From IMG/VR virus record IMGVR_UViG_3300025723_000017, positions 1 to 64,000 of that record: a DNA stretch of 64,000 nt. One strand, written 5' to 3'. Made by a program: the position numbers and the translations under genes. This stretch comes from a virus (Duplodnaviria > Caudoviricetes). Shown here in pieces: positions 38,457 to 48,417 of this stretch. Under the pieces are notes generated by a model. It was not told the DNA's origin. It searched no databases and saw only the letters and a list, made by a program, of their open reading frames with translations. The number at the start of each line of letters is the position of its first letter. Position 1 is the stretch's first letter.

Positions 38457-39605
38457 ATGTATTCAACCACTGCTTATCTTTATCAGCAACGAACAACCGT
38501 GCTATTGCTCGACAGCAGTGGGCAATATTTCACAATGAGGTACAATCCAGTGTACGCTAAAAAACTAACTTTAAATTTAGGAGTCGATAATGTACTCTTA
38601 TTTTCCTTTGTTAACCAAGATGAAAAACCAGTTAACGTAAACGGCTGCACCTTTACATTTCGTATCACTGATACACAGGGCACAAATTTATTACTACAAG
38701 AACCAATGACCATACTTAATGCAGCTACTGGTCAAGTAAAAGTTTATGTTCCTGCTGCTGATACATTGGAATTAATTGCACAACCTGCTAGTTATTCCAT
38801 TACTGTTCAAAGTGGTAATCTAAATCAAGCAGTATTTACAAATTCTCAAGCTGGTGCCCGTGCTCCTATAGACCTCGTTAATTCAGTATTTCCACAATTT
38901 ATACCTTCAATTCCTTGCACCATACCAACTACTAGTTTAAGTTCGCAAGCACAATTAGATGGCACAGCATACCAAAACTATCCTGGGTGGGCTGGTAATT
39001 GGTATTATGGTGGTAATGGAAGTAATTTTTTCAATAATTATCAAAATACAGAATTCCATTCGAGTTTTATCCAACCTCGTAATTATGTAACTACAATTCA
39101 ATTGGATTTGATCGGATATACAGGTACTATCAAAGCACAATGGGCACAAAATTATGAGAGTATTTGGTACAATGTTACTGAATCCACTACTTATCTGAAC
39201 AAAACTGGCACCATTTATATGAACGTATTAGGGTGGTATCCGTTATTACGTTTATGTTTTAACAACAGTATATTTTCTACACCAAATCCTCCTGGGGTAC
39301 CAGCTTCGGCCTATGCGGTATGTACTGACGGTGTATTGACTGATGTAGTATTACAAAATGGCGGGTCAGGATACTTAGCTCCGCCTAAAGTTGATATTTT
39401 AGGGAACGGGTCAGGTGCGATAGTCACAGCTAACATTGGTGGAAACGGTACAGTTACTGGGTTTAACATTATCAGTGGTGGATCAGGATATTGGCCGATA
39501 CCATCAGGTGGTGTGAATCCATCTGCGTATCCGGTGCCGCCAGCTAGTCAAGGTGCATTTCCGATTATATCAACTGGCTATGCTACAAACATTCTTTACC
39601 GTTAA
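38457..39605 (+). CDS. Virion structural protein (baseplate/fibre-associated)
   Basis: Late promoter at 38445-38451; Ig-like N-terminus; 'NGGSGY..P' repeats. Confidence 0.65.
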   Translation: MYSTTAYLYQQRTTVLLLDSSGQYFTMRYNPVYAKKLTLNLGVDNVLLFSFVNQDEKPVNVNGCTFTFRITDTQGTNLLLQEPMTILNAATGQVKVYVPAADTLELIAQPASYSITVQSGNLNQAVFTNSQAGARAPIDLVNSVFPQFIPSIPCTIPTTSLSSQAQLDGTAYQNYPGWAGNWYYGGNGSNFFNNYQNTEFHSSFIQPRNYVTTIQLDLIGYTGTIKAQWAQNYESIWYNVTESTTYLNKTGTIYMNVLGWYPLLRLCFNNSIFSTPNPPGVPASAYAVCTDGVLTDVVLQNGGSGYLAPPKVDILGNGSGAIVTANIGGNGTVTGFNIISGGSGYWPIPSGGVNPSAYPVPPASQGAFPIISTGYATNILYR

Positions 39606-39642
39606 ATTTGAATTAGCATAGAACAATCTGCTAAAATATAGT

Positions 39643-39732
39643 ATGAATTACTATGTATATCTGTATCTGCGTAAAAACGATCTAACACCTTACTATGTTG
39701 GTAAAGGCAAAGGCTCGCGAGCATATGATTGA
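39643..39732 (+). pseudogene. Truncated GIY-YIG homing endonuclease remnant (29 aa)
   Basis: MNYYVYLYLRKNDLTPYYVGKGKGSRAYD*: N-terminal GIY-YIG motif ending across the primase start. Confidence 0.75.
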
Positions 39733-40714
39733 TATCTTGTCTTTTTTGCCAGCTAAACGTAAACAAACATCAAGCGGGTGGTGGAGTTTTTGCGCGCCGT
39801 GTTGCATACATAACGGAGATAGTCAGGATCGACGTATGCGTGGCGGACTCAAAGTCAACGCAGATGGATGGAGTTATCATTGTTTTAATTGTAATTTTAC
39901 AGCCAGTTTTGTATTAGGACGCAATCTTTCTATTAAGGCTCGTAAATTATTATCGTGGGTTAATGTTCCGCAAGAAGAAATCGAACGTGTTAATCTAGAA
40001 AGTATGAAGCATCGATCTATGGAAGGATTGATTCACGATCGTAATCAAACAGCTGAGGCATTATTAGGAATTCATTTCAAAGAAAGTGCTTTGCCGCCGA
40101 GTTCGATTCTATTGGATAATCAAGATCATGCTAAGGAGCTAGATTATTTAAAATCTAGACATATTCCAACAGATTATCCTTTTTTAGTTCGAACAGAAAA
40201 TGTCGGGATACACTGGTCACGGCCTCACATTATAATCCCATTTACATATAAGAATATTATAGTAGGACATACTAATAGATTTTTAGATAATAAAACTCCC
40301 AAATACATAAATTCTATACAATCTGGATATGTATTCGGTACTGATTTACAACAGACTGACTGGCAATATGTAATTGTAGTCGAAGGAGTGTTTGACGCAT
40401 TAAGCATCAATGGACTAGCAGTTATGCACAGCACAATTAATGATGCACAAGTCAGGCTAATAAGAAATTTAGGAAAAGAAATAATCGTAGTTCCAGATCA
40501 AGATTTGGCTGGTATGGAATTAGTAGATCGTGCAATAGAATTAGGATGGGCAGTTAGTATTCCTGATTGGCCTGACAATGTTAAAGATGTAAATGATGCA
40601 GTAATAAAAATTGGCAGGATTGCAACACTGCTAACTATATTGCAATCTAGAGAAACTAGTAAAATTAAAATTGAATTGAGGAAAAGACAACTTGTTAAAC
40701 GATTACGGCATTGA
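39725..40714 (+). CDS. DNA primase (gp61-like)
   Basis: Zn-binding 'PCC...YHCFNC', TOPRIM 'VVEGVFDA', 'VPDQD..G', 'KDVNDA'. Confidence 0.9.
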   Translation: MIDILSFLPAKRKQTSSGWWSFCAPCCIHNGDSQDRRMRGGLKVNADGWSYHCFNCNFTASFVLGRNLSIKARKLLSWVNVPQEEIERVNLESMKHRSMEGLIHDRNQTAEALLGIHFKESALPPSSILLDNQDHAKELDYLKSRHIPTDYPFLVRTENVGIHWSRPHIIIPFTYKNIIVGHTNRFLDNKTPKYINSIQSGYVFGTDLQQTDWQYVIVVEGVFDALSINGLAVMHSTINDAQVRLIRNLGKEIIVVPDQDLAGMELVDRAIELGWAVSIPDWPDNVKDVNDAVIKIGRIATLLTILQSRETSKIKIELRKRQLVKRLRH

Positions 40715-42086
40715 CACACAACGATTATTTTTAGAGATGATGTTACACGACGCAGAATCATTTGTACGTGTGCAAAACATTTATAATCCAGAAAATTTTG
40801 ATCGAAGCATTAAACCAGCGGCTGAATTTATTAAAAAACACTACGAAGATTATAGTTCATTGCCTATACTGGCACAAGTATCAGCTGCGTCTGGAGTAAA
40901 ACTTACAGAAATTCCTGAATTACCCGATGGTAGTTTGAATTGGTTTATGGAGGAATTTGAAAAATTTACACAGCGGCAGGAATTGGAACGTGCTATTCTT
41001 AAGTCTGCAGACTTATTAGAAAAAGGTGAATTTGGGCCTGTTGAAAAATTAATCAAAGATGCAGTACAGATTAGTTTACAAAAGGACATGGGAACAGATT
41101 ATTTTTCTAATCCTAAAGAACGCAATGACAAATATTTTAATAGTGGGGGACAAGTCAGTACAGGATGGCCTAGCTTAGATAAAATATTATATGGTGGGTT
41201 TAGTCGCGGTGAATTGAATATTTTTGCTGGTGGATCAGGTTCAGGTAAATCATTGGTTATGATGAATATTGCCATTAGTTGGTTGCAACAGGGACTAAGT
41301 GGTGCATATATTACGCTAGAACTTAGTGAAGAATTAGTAGGTTTAAGAACTGATGCTATGCTTTCAGGCATGTCAACCAAGGACATTAGAAAAGATTTAG
41401 ATACCGCAGAATTAAAAGTTAGGATGTTTGGAAAAAAAGCAGGGCAATATCGAGTCAAAGGATTGCCAGCACAGAGTAATGTCAATGATGTAAGGGCATA
41501 TTTAAAGGAAGTGCAGGTACAAACGGGTATTGCAATTGATTTCGTAATGGTAGATTACTTGGATTTGTTAATGCCAGTTTCGGCTAAAGTTAGTCCAAAT
41601 GATTTATTTGTTAAAGACAAATATGTATCGGAAGAATTACGTAACTTGGCTAAGGAATTGAATATATTATTTGTCACAGCAAGTCAATTGAATCGTTCAG
41701 CTGTAGAAGAAATTGAGTTTGACCACAGTCATATTTCAGGTGGTATTAGTAAAATTAACACAGCAGATAATGTATTTGGTATTTTTACAAGTCGAGCTAT
41801 GAAAGAACGTGGGCGTTATCAATTACAATGTATGAAAACACGTACTAGTAATGGAACTGGGCAAAAAGTTGAGCTAGAATACAATGTAGAAACTATGAGA
41901 ATTACTGACTTACCAGAAGAAGCAAGCCCAGTAAGTTCATTTAAACGTCCTAATGTATTAGATAATATAAAAACACAAAGTCGAGTAGTTGACGGTACAT
42001 CGATGTCGTCAGAAACTGGAAAAATTACAGCCGAAGTGCAAAGTAATAAATTAAAATCTATGTTAGCGCAAATTAAAAGTGTATAA
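40692..42086 (+). CDS. DnaB-like replicative helicase (gp41-like)
   Basis: STGW..LD, GGSGSGKS, TLEL, VDYLDL, TASQLNR, KINTAD; TTG start. Confidence 0.92.
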   Translation: MLNDYGIDTQRLFLEMMLHDAESFVRVQNIYNPENFDRSIKPAAEFIKKHYEDYSSLPILAQVSAASGVKLTEIPELPDGSLNWFMEEFEKFTQRQELERAILKSADLLEKGEFGPVEKLIKDAVQISLQKDMGTDYFSNPKERNDKYFNSGGQVSTGWPSLDKILYGGFSRGELNIFAGGSGSGKSLVMMNIAISWLQQGLSGAYITLELSEELVGLRTDAMLSGMSTKDIRKDLDTAELKVRMFGKKAGQYRVKGLPAQSNVNDVRAYLKEVQVQTGIAIDFVMVDYLDLLMPVSAKVSPNDLFVKDKYVSEELRNLAKELNILFVTASQLNRSAVEEIEFDHSHISGGISKINTADNVFGIFTSRAMKERGRYQLQCMKTRTSNGTGQKVELEYNVETMRITDLPEEASPVSSFKRPNVLDNIKTQSRVVDGTSMSSETGKITAEVQSNKLKSMLAQIKSV

Positions 42087-42139
42087 TTTAGGGCCTGATA
42101 TTTAAAAATCCAATAAATAATAAAAAGGTTCTGGCAAAG

Positions 42140-42388
42140 ATGCAAAAGAAAACTCGTAGTTTATTAGAAGAATTAGATTCTATGTATGTTGCACGTGATC
42201 AACGACATATAATCGAAAATCGAGCCAGTAATATAATCACTTCGGCTATTCGTTTATTAGAACAAATAGACGAATCCTATACCCCCGAGCAAGCAGAAAA
42301 TCTTACACGAAAATTAATTAATGCAATTAAAATGCGTGATCCGGGTAAATTTACTCGCACTGTGAGGAAAACTGATGCAAATTCATGA
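42140..42388 (+). CDS. Hypothetical protein
   Basis: 82 aa after late promoter at 42113-42119. Confidence 0.7.
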   Translation: MQKKTRSLLEELDSMYVARDQRHIIENRASNIITSAIRLLEQIDESYTPEQAENLTRKLINAIKMRDPGKFTRTVRKTDANS

Positions 42389-43472
42389 AATAACTAAAGG
42401 GCCTCAACGTACTGACGAGGGTATTCTCGACAAGGTTAAAGCGGGTGTAAATGCTGTTAAAACTGGATATAATAAAACTAGTGATAAAGTAGATGCAATT
42501 ACACAAAAAATTGGTAATAATGCTCGTGATGCACAATGGAATAATACACAAGATAAAATAAATCGACAAGCTGCTGCTGCGGCTAAACGATTGCATAAGC
42601 AAGGATTTAGTGTCAATAATGTAGATCAAAAAGGAAATCTTGTAGCTCCATTGCCAAGAGCAAGTACTCCAAAGAATGTAGCTGCACAAAAAGCTGCGGC
42701 TGTTGCTGCACAAAAACAGCTTCTACAACAATTTTTGCAGTCATTTGTTGGCCCACAACAGCCAGCAGCAAATGTAAATACTGCGGCCACTCCAAAGGGT
42801 ACAGTATATACACCAAATACTGCTAATACCAATGCATTAACACCAGGACAGGCTAATCAACAAACTGCTGTACAACAAATGAAAGCAACTAATTCGTCTA
42901 ACATTCAACAAAGTAATGCCGATAATCAACTCAGAGCTGCATATCGTGCAGCAATTGCCAAACCAGGATTTAACAGAACTCTAGCAGATAAAAATGCTAT
43001 AAAAGCTGCTACTGCACGTGGTATCAAAGAAGATCAGGAATTAACAAATGGGCAACATCTTGACATACAAAGAGATTTTCCTAATTGGATTAGTAAACAA
43101 ATTCCTGGTTTAGCCAAAGCAGAAAAAAATCCAGAAGTAAAGCAACAATTAGATCAAGAATTAGCGGCCATGGTTGCTGCAAAATCTAATATACAAGCAT
43201 TATCTGCGGCATTTGAAAAATATGTTTCAATTGCAAAATCTGCAATTGCTAAAATAGATACAAGCAATGTAAATAGTAATCCTTTAGGCAGCACAAATGT
43301 ACCTGGGTATGCATCGAGAAATCTTGCATTTGTGGCTAAAAATTTAGGAGTAGATCCATCGGCATTGCAAAAGATACAGAATAAAATATATCAAAATAAA
43401 GAATCGGTACGTCCTGTAGACACTGGATCGCCAACAATGAATACCATAATCAAAGCCATGAAACCAAAATGA
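42375..43472 (+). CDS. Hypothetical A/Q/N-rich protein, putative internal virion protein
   Basis: MQIHEIT N-terminus, 'TDEGILDK' segment, low complexity. Confidence 0.65.
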   Translation: MQIHEITKGPQRTDEGILDKVKAGVNAVKTGYNKTSDKVDAITQKIGNNARDAQWNNTQDKINRQAAAAAKRLHKQGFSVNNVDQKGNLVAPLPRASTPKNVAAQKAAAVAAQKQLLQQFLQSFVGPQQPAANVNTAATPKGTVYTPNTANTNALTPGQANQQTAVQQMKATNSSNIQQSNADNQLRAAYRAAIAKPGFNRTLADKNAIKAATARGIKEDQELTNGQHLDIQRDFPNWISKQIPGLAKAEKNPEVKQQLDQELAAMVAAKSNIQALSAAFEKYVSIAKSAIAKIDTSNVNSNPLGSTNVPGYASRNLAFVAKNLGVDPSALQKIQNKIYQNKESVRPVDTGSPTMNTIIKAMKPK

Positions 43473-45037
43473 AATTATTAAAAGAAAATGATGGTATGTT
43501 CAAAGATAATGATGGACAAATGGACACACAGCGTATAAATCAAACTGACATTAAGACAACAGTAGATTGGCTTGAACAAATGATTGACTTAGATTTATTA
43601 GATACTATAGAAAATAATGGTGATAGCAGTTTAAGTAAATTAGAATTATGTATAGATTCAAATAAGTTATCTCCAGATCAGTTGATTGCTGAACTAACAC
43701 AATGGTGTAATAGTCATGATCTCAAAGCTAGAGAATATGTAAAAAATTCAGGTTCAAAGATTTATTTTAAGACCCCAATCAACGGAAATCCAAACAACGG
43801 ATATATACAAACTAATTTCAGTTTTGCGAAATCTAACGAAACACACACTGAATCAGAAGTACACTTTTTATCTAGATTAAGAGATCGTATAGTTAATCAA
43901 GGTATGTTAAAATTAATTGAGTCGGATGAAGTTAAAATTAATGGCGGTAAAGCAAAAGGTATAGAGCATATCGAAGATTTAGTATTTAGAAAAGGAACAT
44001 CTGGAATTAAAGATGCATTAATGCATATTAAACATTTAGCATCTGATACTAAAAATTCCGCCACTATTAAATGGGATGGTAAACCAGCAATTATATTTGG
44101 TAGAAATCAAGATGGTGAGTTTATATTAACTGATGTCAGTGGATTTAAAGCTAAAGATTATGACGGATTGTTCACTAGTCTAGTACGTATTAGAGAACAT
44201 TTAACCCATCGAGATAGTAATGCACCTGGTATTGCACATCGTGTTGAACAACTTGGTCCTATATACGACATATTATGGCCCATGTTGGAACAAGCGGTTC
44301 CTGCAAATTTTAAAGGATACATTCAAGGCGACTTATTGTATACTAATACCCCAGAAGAAGAATCAGGTGCTATGGTTTTTAAACCAAATACCATAGAATA
44401 TAACATTCCAGTTAATACCAAATTAGGTGAGGAAATTGCCAATAGTCAAGTAGGCATCGCTGTGCATACTTATTATAAAGATCATGACAGCAATAAAGAG
44501 CCAATTTTTGATGTAAAATTACTTACTGTTCCTGGGTTGCTACTAATCAAACCTATACGTCCAGTTGAAAACGTCAAACCTAAAGATGCTAAATTAATTA
44601 AAGAATTGAGAAGTATACTAACTGCATACGGGGATTCACTTGATACCTTGTTTAATCCAGCAGAACTTAGACAATTACAAATTAGTGATTTACCAAAATT
44701 ATGTATAGACTATATTAACAGTTTAATTAATGACGAATCTGAAGTTGGATTCGACATAGATACATTGATACCAAAATTTGGAAATTGGCTAATGAATAAT
44801 ACCAGTCGAAGAAAATATAAAAATATTGTAGAATATTTACAAAGTCCACGATCTAATGCAGAAGGCATGAGTGCGGCATTTACTGCATTTGTATTATTAC
44901 ATGATATTAAGCTAGATTTATTGCAACAATTAGATAGACAAAACCCCGGTCAAGAGGGTTGGGTAATTGCTACACCTGGTGGATTATGTAAACTTGTCAA
45001 CAGATTCAAATTTACACGTAACAATCAAAAAAAATAA
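43469..45037 (+). CDS. Protein with ligase-like KWDG motif (DUF6267-like)
   Basis: 'GIEHIEDL', 'TIKWDGKPAIIFG', 'QGDLLY', 'F.PNT..Y', 'EGWV', 'KLVNR..F'. Confidence 0.6.
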   Translation: MKLLKENDGMFKDNDGQMDTQRINQTDIKTTVDWLEQMIDLDLLDTIENNGDSSLSKLELCIDSNKLSPDQLIAELTQWCNSHDLKAREYVKNSGSKIYFKTPINGNPNNGYIQTNFSFAKSNETHTESEVHFLSRLRDRIVNQGMLKLIESDEVKINGGKAKGIEHIEDLVFRKGTSGIKDALMHIKHLASDTKNSATIKWDGKPAIIFGRNQDGEFILTDVSGFKAKDYDGLFTSLVRIREHLTHRDSNAPGIAHRVEQLGPIYDILWPMLEQAVPANFKGYIQGDLLYTNTPEEESGAMVFKPNTIEYNIPVNTKLGEEIANSQVGIAVHTYYKDHDSNKEPIFDVKLLTVPGLLLIKPIRPVENVKPKDAKLIKELRSILTAYGDSLDTLFNPAELRQLQISDLPKLCIDYINSLINDESEVGFDIDTLIPKFGNWLMNNTSRRKYKNIVEYLQSPRSNAEGMSAAFTAFVLLHDIKLDLLQQLDRQNPGQEGWVIATPGGLCKLVNRFKFTRNNQKK

Positions 45038-45127
45038 CCTACAAATTTAAACCAAAACTGCACTTTTTTATCATTTAACTAAATACAAGTAGGACCTTTG
45101 AGTCCATAAACTTAGGAGATTTAAAAA

Positions 45128-45577
45128 ATGGCACAGATTCCATTAGTAAACGGCGGTTCGCAACCAGTATTCGCTATTGATACACTCAATGGCCCACAAT
45201 TATCAGCTAACACAACATATAGCCCAGCTGGTACACCAGTACAAATGGCAGGTCCAAAACTGGACTTTTTCGGTATTGGTTTAGGTAACTCAGCTTTTAA
45301 TCAAGCTGGTGTTAACGGTGCAGTTCAGTTGATTCTTCAAACAATTCAACAAACAGCTACAGTAGCAATGTATCAAGTTGACAACACAAATAACACTGTT
45401 GACTTCAGCGTTGCAATTTACCCAACAGCAGCTTATACAGCTTCAACATTACAAGCAGCTATCCAGGGTTTAGGTAACATTTATAACTCAACAGCTAATA
45501 CATATTGTAACGTAGCTGCTGCTACTGTTACCAATGTTGGTTTCCGTTTAGCTTCAACAGCTACATCAGCTAGCTAA
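45128..45577 (+). CDS. Highly expressed small virion protein (possible decoration protein)
   Basis: Late promoter at 45079-45085, AGGAG RBS, own terminator. Confidence 0.65.
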   Translation: MAQIPLVNGGSQPVFAIDTLNGPQLSANTTYSPAGTPVQMAGPKLDFFGIGLGNSAFNQAGVNGAVQLILQTIQQTATVAMYQVDNTNNTVDFSVAIYPTAAYTASTLQAAIQGLGNIYNSTANTYCNVAAATVTNVGFRLASTATSAS

Positions 45578-45601
45578 TTTTAAAGGCAACTTTAAGACAC
45601 T

Positions 45602-45623
45602 AACCCGCTTCGGCGGGTTTTTT
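45602..45623 (+). terminator. Intrinsic terminator
   Basis: AACCCGC-TTCG-GCGGGTT plus T run; UUCG tetraloop. Confidence 0.9.
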
Positions 45624-45660
45624 GTTGACATCATATAATAATTAGTTAAATACACACATA

Positions 45661-45906
45661 ATGATGGTCAGCAAAATAACAGAATTAACAATTTTTGAAA
45701 GCCCAGACGGCGGACGCACAGTGTACGCACGTAAACCTGGGCATAACCAACGCGAAATGTTTTCTCGAGATGAGCTTAGAGAGAAAGAAACAGCTGAATA
45801 TGAACGTTGGCTTAATGTTTTTAATGCTAGACGTACTAATACTGCATTAGATGAGCTTTGTAAGCAAGCTGAGATATTATATGAATTATCTAAGAAATCA
45901 GAATGA
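45661..45906 (+). CDS. Hypothetical protein
   Basis: 'IFESPDGGRTVYAR' motif. Confidence 0.7.
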   Translation: MMVSKITELTIFESPDGGRTVYARKPGHNQREMFSRDELREKETAEYERWLNVFNARRTNTALDELCKQAEILYELSKKSE

Positions 45907-46316
45907 GATTTTCCTGCAAAACACTATTCGATATTACTGCAACAGGTGTCACTGGGCATTATAAATCAGCACGGGTTCCATTCAAAGACTTGTCAGGAAA
46001 AATGATAGAAGATGAAAAATCCTGGAATCATGCGAGAAATCAGCAGCGTAATTGGGAAACATTGACTCAGTTGATAGGATTGCGAACTCAAATAGCTAAA
46101 ATGAGTAATCCAGTTAAGTCCAATATTACATGGAGTTTTGACTTTGAAGTAGATACTCCTTACGTATTTGGACCTGAAAATAATCCCACTGAAATGCTTT
46201 TGTCTGATTGTATTGGTGTACCAATGTTAATAGGATTAGAAAATGTAAAAACTTTATTGCCTTTTTTGATAGTCGAAGGTATTGATCAAAACATATGGTT
46301 TGGAACTTTAGACTAA
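45903..46316 (+). CDS. Hypothetical protein
   Basis: 'TLFDITATGV', 'RNQQRNWET..Q'; ATGA overlap. Confidence 0.7.
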   Translation: MRFSCKTLFDITATGVTGHYKSARVPFKDLSGKMIEDEKSWNHARNQQRNWETLTQLIGLRTQIAKMSNPVKSNITWSFDFEVDTPYVFGPENNPTEMLLSDCIGVPMLIGLENVKTLLPFLIVEGIDQNIWFGTLD

Positions 46317-46335
46317 ATAGTGTAAAGGAATCGCT

Positions 46336-46599
46336 ATGATCGAAACTACTGATATTGAAAAAAAGAGCCTAGAAGCGCATGTTGAGTTATGCGCTGAACG
46401 TTATAATGCCGTAGATACCAAATTAGTTACCTTAGATGATAAAATCAGTCATTTATGCTCAGAGATTGCAGAAGTTAAAACTAGTCTGTCAAAATTAAAT
46501 GAAAAAAATACTGATCGTTTAATTACATGGGGAGTTTCAATCATCGGAGTTATGGCATTGATTATAGGATTTTTTATAGAGCACTACGTTGTAAAATAA
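46336..46599 (+). CDS. Coiled-coil protein with C-terminal transmembrane helix
   Basis: SLEAHVELCAERY plus heptads and a hydrophobic C-terminus; late promoter at 46313. Confidence 0.65.
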   Translation: MIETTDIEKKSLEAHVELCAERYNAVDTKLVTLDDKISHLCSEIAEVKTSLSKLNEKNTDRLITWGVSIIGVMALIIGFFIEHYVVK

Positions 46600-47093
46600 T
46601 GAACGAAATTTTATTTGACAAATTATTCCGTAAGGAATTTCCGGAAATGACATCCAATCTTATTTTTCAAAATGAGAATGGAGAATATGAAGTTTTTGGT
46701 CGTTTCATTATCAAAAAAGAAAAAAATCTGTGTCGAGTATACTGTTCAGATACAGAAAAAGGTGTTTTTAGCAGTACAAAATCAGCATTAAGTTGGTGCA
46801 TTGCCATTAAATTTTATCAATATAACTTAGCTCGTGATATATTAAATTTAGATAATAAATTAACATCACTAAGCAATGATATAAATGCAAGAGCTAATAT
46901 TGCAGATCAAAGCAAAAATCTAGATTTCCAAGAAACTGTGGAAATCAAATTAGAAAATAAAATTATCCATAAAAAGCAAATGGAACAACAATTAAATAAA
47001 TGTATCAATTACGCTAAATACTATCAACAAAAAGGATTTAATAATGAAACTGTTCGAACTGGCATCAACTACGCCATCAAAACAAGCCGCTAA
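46599..47093 (+). CDS. Hypothetical protein
   Basis: Likely start MNEILF at the TAATG overlap. Confidence 0.65.
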   Translation: MNEILFDKLFRKEFPEMTSNLIFQNENGEYEVFGRFIIKKEKNLCRVYCSDTEKGVFSSTKSALSWCIAIKFYQYNLARDILNLDNKLTSLSNDINARANIADQSKNLDFQETVEIKLENKIIHKKQMEQQLNKCINYAKYYQQKGFNNETVRTGINYAIKTSR

Positions 47094-47994
47094 AGTATTC
47101 GAAAGTTACTTTGGTGATACCATCAATGTCGATGTGATTTCTCCGCGTCAAGCACGCATGATGTTAAACAAAGTATCCAAATTAGTAAATGAACATCGTG
47201 CTACACCTGATTTTCATCATAGTGAGCAGAATCCAACTTATCTAAAATTGATGATGATGGAGCGTGTACTAAAAGCTAAAGTTAATGAAACTCCTACTGT
47301 AGCTGTAGGTTCAACTGCTGGGGCTACTAATAATCAACAACAATCCACTACAGGTATGCCTCCAGTTAATCCTACGGTAGCCGCTGGCGATGCTGCTAAA
47401 AAACAACAACAGCAAGCACAAGTCAACAGCATTAGCGATCCTAAACTCAAAGCCGCAATGCAAAAGGCTACGCAAGGACAAACATTGAATCCAATGGATC
47501 AACAAATGGTTGCACAAGCAGCATTGCAAACAGAAAGTAAATCAATGCGTCGTCAATTGTATCGTTTGTTACGCGAATCTGAAGTACAACAAGCGCAAGT
47601 TGTTCTTGCCGCACAAGCTATGGTTGATGAAATCCAAACCATGTTAGAAGAAACTACAAAGATGCAATTCAAAGATTTACCAGGGTTAGTCAGTGAAATG
47701 AAAAACCAATACGGTGTTGATCGTGCAATGCAATTCAATACAGATGCGGTAGCAGCAATTAGCGCATTGGTTCAAAGCATTCAAACTGCTAAACAACAAA
47801 TGGATCAAGCATTAGGTGTAGTGACTGGGCAGGCTTCTCCTGTAATGCCAGGTGAAGAGCCAGGTGAAGAATCAATGGATGAATTACCATTACCAGGCGA
47901 TGAACCTGATTTAGATACCGATGCAGGAATGGAAGAATTACCTCCCGAAGAACCTGAAATGAATGGTGCTGGTCTAGGCCGTACTAAACGCTAA
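47044..47994 (+). CDS. Putative prohead core/scaffold-like protein
   Basis: MKLFEL N-terminus, helical body, acidic Pro-rich tail, AAGGA RBS. Confidence 0.55.
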   Translation: MKLFELASTTPSKQAAKVFESYFGDTINVDVISPRQARMMLNKVSKLVNEHRATPDFHHSEQNPTYLKLMMMERVLKAKVNETPTVAVGSTAGATNNQQQSTTGMPPVNPTVAAGDAAKKQQQQAQVNSISDPKLKAAMQKATQGQTLNPMDQQMVAQAALQTESKSMRRQLYRLLRESEVQQAQVVLAAQAMVDEIQTMLEETTKMQFKDLPGLVSEMKNQYGVDRAMQFNTDAVAAISALVQSIQTAKQQMDQALGVVTGQASPVMPGEEPGEESMDELPLPGDEPDLDTDAGMEELPPEEPEMNGAGLGRTKR

Positions 47995-48350
47995 TGTTAA
48001 TATTTGAAGTAGAAAATTCTGAGCCAGTAGATACTGCCAAATTAATGGCATTGGTAAATCTATTGGCTGGCAGAGCTAACGATACCGATTCAACTAAACA
48101 AATATCTTTAGCTGCATTTGCTAATGCAGCGAAAAAGATAGGTATCAATATTAGCGGAAACGAGGAAGAAATCAGTAATTTGATCGATAATCCTCCTTTG
48201 AGTAATTTATTGTTACCATACGAGCCAGGATCAAATGTAATTAAATTTAAGGGCAATAATGATCCAGGTGATCAAACAATGCCAGTAAATCAAGCCGAAC
48301 AAATAGTAGCAGCTAATGCCAAGTCTGCTATGAAAAATTTTGGTAAATAA
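47994..48350 (+). CDS. Hypothetical protein
   Basis: MLIFEV N-terminus; TAATG overlap. Confidence 0.65.
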   Translation: MLIFEVENSEPVDTAKLMALVNLLAGRANDTDSTKQISLAAFANAAKKIGINISGNEEEISNLIDNPPLSNLLLPYEPGSNVIKFKGNNDPGDQTMPVNQAEQIVAANAKSAMKNFGK

Positions 48351-48417
48351 TCAAATATCTTGATTTTTCATACTAAACTAAATACAATCAATATACAGTT
48401 CATCTAAGAGGTCTATT

